Below are positions 50,925 through 64,000 of a stretch of 64,000 bases of DNA, piece after piece. Position numbers and translations under genes: made by a program. How positions within the stretch are numbered: the first letter of the stretch is position 1; each line of letters begins with the position of its first letter. The DNA comes from Pristiophorus japonicus (taxonomy: Eukaryota), in the NCBI RefSeq assembly GCF_044704955.1, contig NC_091999.1, forward strand, positions 35,216,001-35,280,000, written 5' to 3'. Below the pieces are notes generated by a model, which did not search any database, had not been told where the DNA came from, and saw only the letters and a list, made by a program, of their open reading frames with translations.

Positions 50925-51155
50925 GGTGATGTTTTTCTTTACGCAGCGATTTGTTGTGAAATGGAACACACTGCCTGGAAGCAGATTCAGTAATAACTCT
51001 TGAATGGGAATTGGACAGATACATGAAGAGAGAACATCACAGGGCTATGGGGAAAGAGCAGGGGAGGGGGACTAATTGGATTGCTCTTTCAAAGAGCCGG
51101 CACAGGCACGATGGGCTGAATGGACTCTTTCCGTGCTGTATCATTCTGTGATTCT
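50925..51155 (+). mobile_element. CR1-like 3' end
   Basis: GGCTATGGGGAAAGAGCAGGGGAG...TTCTGTGATTCTA. Confidence 0.75.
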
Positions 51156-51837
51156 ACTTCTCAGCTTTTATCTCCCACCATCTCGTTTCTCCTCTTTTTA
51201 CGTCACTTTCTCTCTTTCTCAGTCTTTCTGGGCTTCATACATTAAAGTTTAGACTACAGAAGTGGGCCGAATACTGCAGCTGGGGCCGAACCTGCGATTT
51301 ATAAACCTTTAGCAATAACGTCCTTGCTTTAGATTGGAAATAGGGGGCAAAATAATCTGGTATGTTCTCCCAGTGGAGTTTCTGTCCCTTCTGGAGAAGG
51401 TACTGAACCGATTGCTTTAACACAAGAAACTTCCTTTGTTGCGGTTACACTAAGAGCCCTGGGAGTCATTTTCTTCATCACGCTCGGGCGGTAACCCTGT
51501 CGCAGGATCCATTACCTGTAATAAGAACATAAGAACATAAGAAATAGGAGCAGTTGTACGTCAAAATGCCCCTCGAGTCTGCTGCATCATTTAATACCAA
51601 GGGTCTGCAGGTTTTCTCAAGGCCTCAAAGGGGCTCACATCAACTTTCAGCTTTCAGTCCTCTTCCACCCTTTTATTTTTACACCAGACCTCGCTTCTGT
51701 TGTGATCTCTTCCCGATGTTATTCTTAAACCAGATCCCATTTCTTCTCTTGTAACACCACACTCCCCGCCTCTATTAGACAGGAATATTGGAACACGAGG
51801 AGAATGGTCTGCCTCTCGATCCTGTATCTATAGCCAA

Positions 51838-54515
51838 TTACATAAGAACGTAAGAAAACGTAGTAGGACAAGTGCATGCGGCCCCTCAAGACTGCTCCGC
51901 CATTTAATACAATCATAGCTGATTCAATCAGGGACTCAGCTCCACTACCCTCCCCGCTCTCCATAACCCCTTATTACCTTATCAGTTAAGAAACTGTCTA
52001 TCCGGTCTTAAATTTATACAGTGACCCAGCTTCCACAGTTCTCTGAGATAGCGAATTCAACAGATTTACAGCCCTCTGAGAGAAAAAAATCCTCCTCATC
52101 TCAGTTTTAAATGAGCGGCCACTTATTATAAAATTATAGAATCATAGAAACATAGAAAATAGGAGCAGGAGTAGGCATTTGGCCCCTTTGAGCCTGCACA
52201 ACCATTCAATAAGTTCATGGCTGATCATTCTCCTCAGTATCACGTTCCTGCTTTCTCTCCATACCCCTTGATCCCTTCAGCAGTATGGGACATACCTAAC
52301 TTTCCCTTGAATATATCCAATGAACTGGCATCAGCAACTCTCTATGGTCGAGAATTCCACATGTTAACAACTCTCTGAGTGAAGAAGCTTATCCTCATTT
52401 CAGTCCTAAATGGCTTACCACTTATCCGTAACTTTTGTCCCCTGTTTCTGGACTTCACCAACATCGGTAACATTCTTCCTGCATCCAACCTGTGCAGTCC
52501 CGTCAGAATTTTACATGTTTCTATGAGATCCCCTCTCATCCTTCGAAACTCCAGTGAAACAGGCTCAGTCGACCCAGTCTCTCCTCATATGTCAGTGCTG
52601 TCAACCCGGGAATCAGTCTGGTGAACCTTCGCTGCACTCCCTCAATAGCAAAAACGTCCTTCCTCAGATTAGGAGAACAAAACTAAACACAATATTCCAG
52701 GTGAGGCCTCACCAAGGCTCTGTACAACTCCGGTAAGACCTCCCTGCGCCTATACACAAATCCTCTAGCTATAAAGGCCAACATACCATTTGCCTTCTTC
52801 ACCGCCTGCTGTGCCTGCATGCAAACTTTCAATAACAGACGTACCATGGCACGCAGGTCTCGTTGCAACTCCCGTTTTCCTGATCCCCTGCCATTCAGAT
52901 GATATTCTGCCTTCGTGTTTTTGACACCAAAGTGGATAACCTCACATTTATCCACATTATACTGCATCTGCCATGCACTTTCCCACTCACCTAAACAGAC
53001 CTAGTCACCCTGCCGCCTCTTAGCATCCTCCTCACAGTTCAAACCGCCACCCACCTTCGTGTCATCAGCAAACTTGGAGATAATACACTCAATTCCTTCA
53101 TCTAAATCATTGATGTATATTGTAAATTGTTGGGGTCCCAGCACTGAGCCCTACAGCACCCCACTAGTCATTGCCTGCTATTCTGAAAAAGACCCGTTTA
53201 TGCTGAAACTCTGCTTCTTGTCTGCCAAACAGTTCTCTATCCACGACAGTACATTACCCCCCAATACCATGCGCTTTAATTTTGCGTCACAATCTCTTGT
53301 GTGGGACCTTGTCAAAAGCCTTTTGAAATTCCAAATACACCACATACACTGGTTCTCCCTTGTCTACTCTGTTGTTACATCCTCAAAAGATTCTAGAAAA
53401 TTTGTCAAGCATGATTTACCTTTCCTAAATCCATGCTGACTTGGACCGATCCTGACACTGCTTTCCAAATGCGCTGCTATTGCATCTTTAATGATTGATT
53501 CCAACATTTTCTCCACTACTGATGTCATGCTAACCGGTCCATAATTACCCGTTTTCTCTCACCCTCCTTTGTTAAAAAGTAGTATTTCATTAGCTACACT
53601 CCAGTCCATAGGAATTGATCCAAAGTCGATAGACTTTTGGAAAATGATCACCAATGCACCCACTATTTCTAAGGCCACTTCCTTAAGTACTCCGGGATGC
53701 AGACTATCAGGCCCCGGGGACTTATCGGCCTTCAACACCATCAATTTCACGAACAATGTCCAGGCTAATAACGATTTCCTCCAGTTCCTCCTTCTCACTA
53801 GACCCTCGTTCCCGCAATATTTCATGAAGGTTATTTGTGTCTTCCTTCTTGAAGACAGAACCAAAGCATTTGTTCAACTGGTCTGCCATTTCTTTGTTCC
53901 CCATTATAAATTCACTTGAATCTGACTGCAAGGGATCTACTTTTGTCTTAACTAATCTTTTTCTCTTCACCTATCGATAGAAGCTTTTGCATTCAGTTTT
54001 CAGTTCTGACAGAAAACCCTAGTTCTCGTTCTAGTCTCCCCTATTAGTGGAAACATCCTCTCTGCATCCACTATGTAAAGCTCCCCATAATCTTATATGT
54101 TTCGATAAGATCACCTCTCATTCTTCTCAACTCCAATGAGTTGAGGCCCAACCTTCTCAACCTTTCCTCATAATCAACCCCTCATCTCCGGAATCAACCT
54201 TGTGAACCTTCTCTGAACTGCCTCCAAAGCAAGTTCATCCAGTCGTAAATATGGAAAACAAAACTGCACAAAGTATTCCAGGTGTGACCTCACCAATACC
54301 CTGTACAACTGTAGCAAGATTTCCCTGCTTTAATACTCCATCTCCTTTGCGCCAAAGGCCAATATTCTATTGGCCTTCCTGATTACTTGCTCTACTTGCA
54401 TACTAATATTTTGTGTTTCTTGCACAAGTGCCCCCAGGTCCCGCTGTACTGCGGCAATTTTGCAATTTTTCTCCATTTAAATAATAACTTGATCTTTGAT
54501 TTTTTTTCTGCCAAA
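51838..54515 (-). mobile_element. Stack of minus-strand CR1 fragments (51838-52130, 52140-54000, 54020-54515)
   Basis: [42 protein letters not shown]; several inverted tails. Confidence 0.92.
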
Positions 54516-56296
54516 CTAGAACTAAAGGGCAAAATCTTAAAATAAGGGGCAGCCCATTTAAAACTGAGATGAGGAGGAATTTCTTCCCTCAGATGGCTGT
54601 AAATCTGTGGAATTCGCTGCCTCAGAGAGCTGTGGAATCCGGATCATTGAATGAATGTAAGACAGAAATATACAGTTTCTAAAACGATAAGGGGATAAGG
54701 GGTTATGGGGAGCGGACAGGGAAGTGGACCTCAGTCCATGATCGCATCAGCCATGATCTTTTCAATGGCGGAGCAGGCTCGAGTGGCCGTAAGAAAATAA
54801 GAAATAGAAGCATGAGCAATCTATTTGACCCCTCGAGTCTGCTCCACCATTTAATAAGATCATGGCTGATCTGCTGCTGGGCTCAGTTTCACTTCCCTGC
54901 CCGCTCCACATAACCCTTCACACCCTTACTCAAAATCTGTCGAACTCCACCTTAAATATTAAAGTCGTAGCAGGATATTTAGAAAATCATAATTGCAATC
55001 AAGCAGCATAAGCATGGTTTAATGAAAGGGAAATCGTGTTTGATAAATTTATTAGCGTTCTTTGAGGATATAACGACCAAGGGTGGATGAAGGGGAACTG
55101 GTAGATGTAGTGTATTTGGATTTCCAAAAGGCATTCGATAAGGTTGCACATAAAGGTTACTATCCAAGATAAGAGGTCATAGTTTTGGGGGTAATATGGA
55201 TGGAGGATTTGCTAACTAACAGAAAACAGGGTTGGGATAAAAGGGTAATTTTCAGATTGGCAACTGTAACTAGTGGGGTGCCACAGGGATCAATGCTGGA
55301 GCCGCAACTATTTACAATCTATATTAATGACTTAGATTAAATGACAGTGTAATGTTGGCAAATTTACTGATTACACAAAGATGGGTGGGAATGCAAGTTG
55401 TGAAGAGGACACAAAGAGTCTGCAAAGGGATATAGACAGGCTCAGTGAGTGGACAGAAAAATTGGCAGCTGGCTTATAATGTGGGAAAATGTGAGGTTAT
55501 CAACTTAGGTAGGAAGAATAAAAAAGCAAAGTATTGTTTAAATGGAGAGAGACTACAGAATGCTGCGTGATAGAGGTATTTTGGGGTCCTTGTACATGAA
55601 ACACAAACAGTTAGCATGTAGATAGAGCAAGTAATCTGGAAGGCAAATGGAATGTTGAGCTTTATTGCAAGCGGGATGGAGTATAAAAGTAGGGAAGTCC
55701 TGCTACAATTGTACAGGGTGTTGTTGAGACCACACCTGGAGTATTGCGTACAGTTTTTGTCTCCTTATTTAAGAAAGTACATACTTGCATTGGAGGCAGT
55801 TCAGAGAAGGTTCATGTGGTTAATTCCTGAAATGAAAGTGTTGCCTTATGAGTAAATTGTGAGCAGGTTGGGCCTGTACTCATTGGTGTTTAGAAGAATA
55901 TGAGGTAATCTTATTGGTGGATATACGATTCTGAGGGGGCTTGACAGGGCAGATGCTGAGAGGATATTTCCCCTCCTTGGGGAATCAAGAACTAGGCGGC
56001 ATAATTTCAGAATAAGGGGTCACCCATTTAACACGGAGATGTGGAGGAATTTCTTCTATCAGAGGGTCGTGGATCTTAGGAATTCCCTACCTCTGAAAGA
56101 ATGTAGAAGCTGGGACATTGAATATATTCAAGGCTGAGACAGACAGATTCTTGAACTACAGGGGAGTCAAGGGTTCGGGGTACACGCAGTAAAGTGGACT
56201 TGAGGACATTGTCAGGTCAGCCATAAGCTGATTGAATGGCGGCGCAGTCTTGAGGGGCCGAATGGCCCACACCTGCTCCTAGTTCTTATGTTCTTA
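54516..56296 (+). mobile_element. CR1 fragments, mainly plus strand (short minus-strand tail at 54790-54960)
   Basis: [20 protein letters not shown]; TTCTTATG tail at 56283-56296. Confidence 0.9.
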
Positions 56297-56829
56297 TATA
56301 GCAAACACTTCGTGTGTGTTTTTTTTGTTCCTCTCAACAAACTGAGAGCTGTTGAAATCAGTGGACATAAGTCCCTGCGCATGCCCATCCGGCGGTGCTG
56401 TGAGGTCACGGTTCCAGGCTCTGTCTGACACAATCAGTGCGTCATGTGAAAGCTGAATGGAAAATATTGCAGGAAAAACAATCCTTAACATTAAAAACTG
56501 AGCAATTGGCACAGGGCAACACAAGTGTGAATTAGTAACATTTAACACACAGAGTGCCACGAAGTAGTGCAAAGTGCAGTGAATTGCTCACCTTCAGTCC
56601 TGTCCCTCAATCCCAGTCCATCTCTGGGATATTTTCACAAGATTCACCCCATTCTCGCAACACAAATATTACCGTCACAATACCAGATCAATATGACATT
56701 GCCCAATACTGCTGATAGCTGTTAACAAGAATAAATTTGCTCCTTAGTAAATAATAATAATTGCATCCTCTCACTCACGCAAATATATATTTTGACGATT
56801 ATCAATATCTATCTATCATCTGTCTCTCT

Positions 56830-58090
56830 ACCTTACAGAGACAGGGTCTAGTGTAATATAAACAGAGACATGTTGTAGTGCAGTAATAACTGAGGCAGGG
56901 TCTCGTGTGATATAAACAGGGACAGGGTCTAGAATAATATAAAGAGTCAGGGTCTCGAATAATATAAAGAGACAGGGCCTAGTGTAAAATAAACAAAGAC
57001 AAGGCCTTGTGTAATATAAACAGAGATACGGTAATGTGTAGTAATAACTGAGACAGTTACTGCTGTATAATAAATATAATTTTGCTGTAATCACTGAGGT
57101 ACTGCCTAATGCAATCTTTTTTTATTTCTTCGTCATGGGGTCTGGATTTCACTGGCAAGGCTAACATTTATTGCCCATCCCTACTTGCCCTTGAGAAGGT
57201 GGTGGTGAGCCGCCTTCTTGAACCACTGCAGTGCGTGTGGTGAAAGTACTCAGTGCTGACTTTGTTCTAGCGGTTTAATACAACTGAGTGGCTTGCTGGG
57301 TCATTCCAGTGGGCAGTTAAGAGACCCTTGCTGTGGGTATGGAGTCACATATAGGCCAGACCGGGTAAGGATGGCAGATTTCATTTCCTAAAGGACAATC
57401 CGGTAATTTCATGGTCAGCATTACTCATACTAGCTTATGATTCCAATTTTATATTCAGTTCACTGAATTTCAATTCGCCCAGCTGTTGTGGCTGGATTTG
57501 AAATCACGTCTCTGGATTATTCTTCTTGATCTGTGGATTAGTCCAGTAACATTAACACTATGCTACCGCACACTGTATAAACAGAGTCATGTTATAGGGC
57601 GGTAATAACTGAGACAGGGTTTCTTGTAAGTTAAACAGAGAGAGAGTGTTTCGTGTAATGTAATCAGAGACAGGGTCTAGTGTAATGTAAACGTCTATGA
57701 TTCTATCACCACCTCTCATCATTTTAATCACCTCAGTAAATGTAACTAGGACACAGCCTTGCATAATATAAATAGATGTATGGCCTAGTGCAGTAATAAC
57801 TAGGACAAGGTCGAGTGCAATATGAACAGCAGGTTATGCTGTAAAAGATTTAAAACATGGTCTAGGGCAGTAATAACTGAGACAGGGCCCAGTGTAACTT
57901 AAACAGAGACAGGGTCTAGTGTAATATAAACAGTGTCAGGGCCTAGTGTAAAATAAACAGAGACAGGGTCTAGTGTATTATAAACAGAGACAGGATCTAA
58001 TGGAATATAAACAGAGTCAAGGTCTAGTGTATTAAACCAGAGACAGGGTCTAGTGGAATATAAACAGAGACAAGGTCTAGTGTGATGTAA
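56830..58090 (-). repeat. 27-bp AT-rich minisatellite, inverted, interrupted by a SINE
   Basis: ACAGAGACAGGGTCTAGTGTAATATAA units at 56835-57060 and 57570-58090. Confidence 0.9.
57120..57570 (-). mobile_element. tRNA-derived SINE with LINE-derived tail
   Basis: Inverted B-box-like GGATTTGAA near 57494; core GGCCAGACCGGGTAAGGATGGCAGATTTC; related plus-strand piece at 14860-14950. Confidence 0.6.
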
Positions 58091-58224
58091 ACGTCCAATG
58101 ATTCTATCACCACCTTTCAGAATTTAATCACCTCTATTAAATCAACCTTTAACCTTCCCTGCTCGATCCCAATTTCTCTAGTCTCTGCATAACTGAAATA
58201 CCTCATTCCTGGTAGAATTCTAGT

Positions 58225-59234
58225 CGAGGATGACTTGCTTCCACTCTAATAGTGAGTTATCGGGTGACTGGAGAGTCCGATGCGGGACCTACAGTCACTG
58301 TCGCTGGTGGTCAGACAGTGGTTGAAGGAAAGGGTGGGTGGGGAGTCTGGTTTGCGGCATGCTCTTTCCGCTGTTCACGCTTGGTTTCTACATGCTCTCG
58401 GCGATGAGACTCAGCGCCCTTCCGAATGCTCTTCTTCCATTTCGGGTGTTCTTTGGCCAGAGAGTTCCAGGTGCTGGTGGGGCTGTTGCACTTCATCAAG
58501 GAGGCCTTGAGGGTGTCCTTGAAACGTTACCTCTGCTCGCTTGCCGTGTTGAAGCTCCACGTAGGAACCGCTGTGTCATGCCCCACAACGCTTCCGAGAG
58601 CTCCGCGCTCCTCCAATACTTGACTGTTGAGCATCCCTGATTTTAATAACCCCACCATCGCCATGCCTTCAGCTGCCAAGGCCCTAACCTCTGGAATTCC
58701 CTCCCTAACACTCTCCACCTGTCTTCCCTTCTTTAAGAAGCTCCGTAAAACCTACTCTTTGATCAAGCTTTTGATCACCTATCCCAATATCTCATTCTGT
58801 GACTCGGTGTCACAATTTGTTTGATAACACTCCTCTGAAGTGATTTTAGGGCATGAAGTTGCCCCAATTCTGAAGGGATGGGACAGGTTAGCTGCGGGTA
58901 GAATGTTCCCGAGGTTGGGGAAGTCCAGAACCAGGGGACACAGTCTTAGGATAAGCGGTAGACCATTTAGGACTGATATGAGGAGAAATTTCTTCACTCA
59001 GAGAGTTGTTAACCTGTGGAATTCCTGCCACAGAGAGTTGCTGATGCCAGTTCATTGGATATATTCAAGAGGGGGTTAGATATGACCCTTACGGCTAAGG
59101 GGATCAAGAGGTATGGAGAGAAAGCAGGAAAGGGGTACTGAGGTGAAAAATCAGCCATGATCTTATTGAATGGTTGTGCAGGGTCGAAGGGCCGAAAGGC
59201 CTTCTCCTGCACCTATTTTCTATGTTTCTATGTT
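58225..59234. mobile_element. Composite insert: RTE 3' fragment (minus, 58225-58535), L2 3' fragment (plus, 58590-58850), CR1 3' end (plus, 58868-59234)
   Basis: GAGGATGACTTGCTTCCAC; TWNSLAKEHPKWKKSIRKG; GRMFPRLGKSRTRGHSLRI. Confidence 0.8.
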
Positions 59235-59714
59235 TAATCTGTTCTGCACCGTCTTCAAGGCCGTGACATATTTCCCAAAGTCGGGACTGAAATTAATTCA
59301 ATCTCTATTGTTCCATTAGATTAATTATAAGGATTCTTTCTCTCTTAAAATTGGACAGAGCAGTAATCTGAGTATTAGTAATTATTAATTGATAAAGACG
59401 ATATAATTTGTTCTGACAATGCAGCTGGTGACTTGTCTGCTCAGCAACAGCAGCCTCTGCATGATTCCTGTTTCAATAAGCTCATTCTCGCCACCTGCTG
59501 AACATGTACAACTACTGCAGGGGCCAGAGTTTTTTAAACATGTTTATTTAATTCCACATACAATAACTTGCATTTTCCCAGTGACGTTCGCCCAGAGGAG
59601 TTTCTCAGAGCAAACCACAAGAGGGCCAAGAGATGAGGGGGAGTTAAGGGAGAAAGGACGCAATTCGTGTTATCAATTCTCATGAGGTTTTCATGGAAAG
59701 GTGTGAAGTTATAT

Positions 59715-60965
59715 ACGAACATAAGAATTTGGAACAGGAGTCGGCCATAGGGCCCCTCGAGCCTGCTCCGCCATTCAATAAGATCATGGTTTATCATCGA
59801 CCTCAACTCCACTTTGCTGCATTATCCCCATATCTCTTGATTCTCCTACAGTCCAAAAATCTATCTATCTCAGCCTTGAATACACTCAACGACTCAGCAT
59901 CCATAATCCTTTGGATTGAGAATTTCAAAGATTCACAACGCTCTGAGTGATGGAATTCATCCTCTTCTCTGTCTTAAATGGCCAACCCGAAACGATGCCC
60001 TCTTGTTCTAGACTCCCCGGCCTTGGGGAAACAATTTCTTCGCATCTACCCTGTCAATACGTTTCAGAATATTGTATCTTTCAATGGGAGCATCTCTCAT
60101 TCTTCTACACTGCAGAGAGCACAGGCCCATTCTATACAATCTCTCATCATAAAACATATCTCTCATCCCAGGATTCAATCTAGTGAACCTCCGTTGCACG
60201 ACCAGCAAGGCAAGTATATCCTTCCTTAGTTAAGGAGACACAAACGGCCCAATGCTCCAGGAGTCTGGAGTGCAGGTCCAAAGATCTCTGAAGGTAGCAG
60301 GGCAGGTAGATAAGGTCGTTAAAAAGGTAGATGAAATACGGGCCTTTATTAGTCGTAGCATAGAATATAAGAGCAGAGAGTTTATGCATTAAATCTATAA
60401 AACACTAATAAGGCCACAGTGAGAGTACTGCATTCAGTTCTGGTCACCACATTACAGGAAATATGTGATTGCACTAGAGAGGGTATAGAGGACATGAACG
60501 AGGATGTTGCCTGGACTGGAGAATGTTACATATGGGGAAAGATTAGATAGTCTGGAGTTGTTTTCTTTGGAACAGAGCAGGCTGAGAGGAGATTTAATTG
60601 ACGTGTACAAGATTATAGAGGGCCTAGATCGAGTGGATAGGAAGGAGCTATTTCGCTCAGCAGAATGCTCAATAACCAGGGAGAATAGATGTAAAGTAAT
60701 TAGTAGAGGATTCGAGGGGATCGAGGAGAAATACTTTTCATCCAGAAGGTGGCAGGAGTCTGGAACTCACTGCCTGAAGGGAGGTAGAGGCAGAAACCCT
60801 CATCTCATTGAAAAATACCTGGATATGCACTTGAGGTGCCGTATCCTACAGGGCTATGGACCAAGAGCTGGAAAGTGCATTAGGCCGAATGGCTGTTTCT
60901 CGGGAGGCAGAGACACGATGGGCACAATTGCCACCCTCTGTGTTGTAAACATCTATGATTCTGTC
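59715..60965. mobile_element. Back-to-back CR1 fragments (minus 59715-60260, plus 60260-60965)
   Basis: VQRRFTRLNPG on minus; LELFSLEQSRLRGDLIDVYKI on plus. Confidence 0.85.
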
Positions 60966-61562
60966 ACAACCTTTCATCATTTTAATCACCTCTATTATAT
61001 CATCCTTTAACCTTCCCTGATCAATCCCAGTTTCCCTAGTCTCTGCTTAACTGAAATACCTCATTCATGTCAGATTTCCAATTAACCTCTTATGCACCAT
61101 CTTAAGGCCTTGACATACTTCCCAAAGTCTGGATTGAAATTAATTCCATCTCTATTGTTCCGCCAGATTCATTCTAAATATGCATGCTCTCTTAAAATTG
61201 GACGAGCAATAATATCAGTATTAGTAATTATTGTTTGATAACAATTATACAACTTGTTATAACAATGCAGATAGTGAGTTATCTGGTCAGCAGCAGCAGC
61301 CTCTGCATGAATAATGTTTCAATAAGCTCACCTTCGCCATCTGCTGATGATAAACATCTACTGCTGGCGCCAGAGTTTTTTTAAACATGATTATTTAATT
61401 CCACGCACAATAACTTGCATTTTCCCAGTGACGTTCATCCAGAGGAGTTTCTCACAGCTAAACACAAGAGGGCCAAGAGATATGGGGGAGTTAAGGGGGA
61501 AAGGACACAATTCGTATTATCAATTCTGAGGAGGTTTTCATGGGAAGGTGTGAAGTTATATG

Positions 61563-62780
61563 GAACATAAGATTTAGGAGCAGGATTAGGCCATACGGCC
61601 CCACGAGCCTGCTCCACCATTCAATCAGATCATGGCTGATCATCAACCTGAACTCCACCTTGCTGAATTATCTCCATATCACTTGATTCTCCTACAGTCC
61701 AAATATCTATCTATCTCAGCCTTGAATATACTCAACGACTCAACATCCACAGTGCTTTGGATTGAGAATTTCAAAGACTCACAACGCTCTGCGTGATAGC
61801 ATTCATCCTCTTCTCTGTCTTAAATGGCCCACCACTTATCCTGAAACTATGCCTTCTAGATGTAGACTCTCCAGCCAGGGGAAACAACCTCTCAACATCT
61901 AACCTGTCAATCCCATTCGGAATCCTGTATCTTTCAATTAGCACACCACTCATTCTTTTAAACTGCAAAGAGCAGTGCCCATTCTATACAATCTCTCATC
62001 ATCCAGGATTCAATCTAGTGAACCTCAGTTTCACCACCACCAAGGCAAGTATATTCTTCCTTAGATAAGGAGACCCAAACTGCCCCAGTACTCCAGGACC
62101 TTGGAGTACAGGTCCACAGATCGCTGAAGGGTGCAGGCCAGATAGATAAGGTGTTTTAAAAAGGAATACTGAATACGTGCCTTTATTAGTCATGGCATAG
62201 AATATAAGAGCAGCGAGGTTCGGCATTAACAGTATAAAACACTCGTTCGGCCACAGTGTGCAGTTCTGGTCACCACATTACAGGAAAGATGTGATTGCAC
62301 TAGAGAGGGTACAGAGGAGATTGAAGAGGATGTTGCCAGGACTGGAGAATTTTTGCCACGAGGAAAGATTGGACAGGCTGGAGTTGTTTCCGTTGGAACA
62401 GAAGAGGCTGAGGGGAGATTTAATTGACGTGTACAAGATTATTGTGGTGCGAAAATTATTGGAAAAAGTCTTAAACGACAGGATGAATCTTCATTTGGAA
62501 AGGCAAGGATTAATTATGGACAGTCAGCACGGATTTCTTCAGGGAAGATTGACCCTCTTGGTTACCTCCACAAAAAATGCAATCAGTTTCCACGTGGTAG
62601 ACAGGTCATGAAGTTGAAAGCCCACGGCAGCCAGGGAAAAATGGCAAGTTGTATCCAAAATTGGCTAGGAGGTATGAAGCAAAGGGTAATGATTGATGTA
62701 TTTTTTTTGACTGGAAGGATATTTCCAGTAGGTTTCTGCCGTGCTCAGTACTGGGTCCCTTGCTTTTTGTGGTACATATC
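61563..62780. mobile_element. Duplicate of the back-to-back CR1 pair plus a further RT fragment
   Basis: Same strand-switch junction near 62097; QFWSPHYRKDVIALERVQRR; DSQHGF. Confidence 0.85.
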
Positions 62781-64000
62781 TGTGATATATGTGGACTTGT
62801 ATTTACTCTGTACAGCAACCAGAGGGCTCATTCCCCGGAGTCGCAAGGCATCCCATCATCCCTTGGAAGCACAAGTATTTATGAAGGCTTCACAGGTTGG
62901 TGAGGCACTCTGCAATAAAAGACTAAGGTCACACTTTACTTTGAGCTCACAGTTTTCAATCTGACTCTTTCTCCATACACTACAACTGGCGATGAGATAC
63001 AGTTAGCGAACCCAAAGATGCAGGGAACAGTGTGCATCCTGGAGAAATTTTCGCAGGGAGATGATTGGGAGACTTTTGCGGAGCGACTCGACCAATTATT
63101 CGTGGCCAACGAGCTAGATGGGGAAGAGAACGCTGCCAAACGAAGGGCGATCATCTTCACCCTCTATGGGGCACCAACGTATGGCCTCATGAAGAATCTG
63201 CTCGCTGCATCGAAACCAACGGAGAAATCATGTGACGATTTGTGCACACTGGTCCGAGAGCATTTGAACCTGAAAGAAAGCATTCTGATGGCGACGTACA
63301 AGTTCTACACCTACAAAAGATCTGAAGGCCAGGAATAGCGATTCATCTCGCCGAGCTAAGACGCCTTTCAAGACATTGCGAATTTGAAGGACATTTGGAG
63401 CATATGCTCAGAGACTTTTTCCTACTTGGCATTTGCCACGAAACCTTACTTGGCAAACTTTTGAGTGTAGAGACCCCAACCTTGAGTAAGGTCATAGCGA
63501 TAGCCTATGAGTTCATCGCCACCAGTGACAAAACTAAGCAAATCGCTCAGCACACAAGTGCTGCTACAAGTACTATGAACAAAGTGATGTTTTTATCGAA
63601 TCGGAACGTACAGGACAGGTCACACATTCCTGCAGCTACACGTCGGCCGATGTCTCCGAGTCACCCATCAAGCGTGATGAATGCAAGGCCAATAACACCT
63701 TGTTGGCACTGCGGGGGTGATCATCGTTTCCATTCATGCCGATTCAAAGGATACGTTTGCAAGGGCTGTGGAAAATTGGGACACCTCTAACGAGTGTGCA
63801 GGCGAGCTGCTAAGCCTTCTAAACCTGCAAACCATCACGTTACAGAGGAGGATCATGAAGAAACAGAGCTTCAGATAGAGGAGGCAGAGGTATATGCGGT
63901 ACACACATTCACCACGAATTGTCCCCCGATAACGCTGAATGTTGAACTCAATGGACTCCCGGTGTCAATGGAGTTGGACATGGGCGCAAGCCAGTCCATT
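62781..64000 (+). mobile_element. 5' end of a Ty3/Gypsy LTR retrotransposon (LTR, PBS, gag, start of protease), decayed
   Basis: LTR TG(62781)...CA(62984) with AATAAA at 62914; PBS TGGCGATGAG at 62987-62996, one mismatch to the complement of the tRNA-Ser(GCT) 3' end; gag ATG 63018 (DDWETFAERLDQLFVAN); zinc knuckles CWHCGGDH and CKGCGKLGH; protease ELDMGAS at the window edge; in-frame stops. Confidence 0.92.

Overview
Vertebrate genomic DNA, most likely from a cartilaginous fish (shark). This is inferred from the CR1/L2/RTE/Deu-SINE repeat types and the style of the zinc-finger exons. The window is repeat-dominated. Its left half (about 0.7-34.5 kb) is a birth-and-death cluster of C2H2 zinc-finger genes with no recognisable effector domain. 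One ORF is intact (13948-14670, minus strand, 8 fingers) and five copies are decayed or truncated, on both strands. The copies are built from shared parts: a YY1/NRF1/ZNF143-type CpG promoter, a splice acceptor plus leader, the fingers, and a 3' UTR. The rest is many CR1 LINE fragments, a near full-length decayed RTE LINE, RTE-dependent non-autonomous elements, SINEs, a solo LTR, a TIR-bounded DNA element, the 5' end of a Gypsy element, a Penelope-type hammerhead ribozyme motif, at least ten minisatellite families and several direct or inverted local duplications. I found no prokaryotic features, CRISPR array, or intact tRNA/rRNA gene. Repeat boundaries were read by eye and are approximate (tens of bp) unless a junction is quoted.
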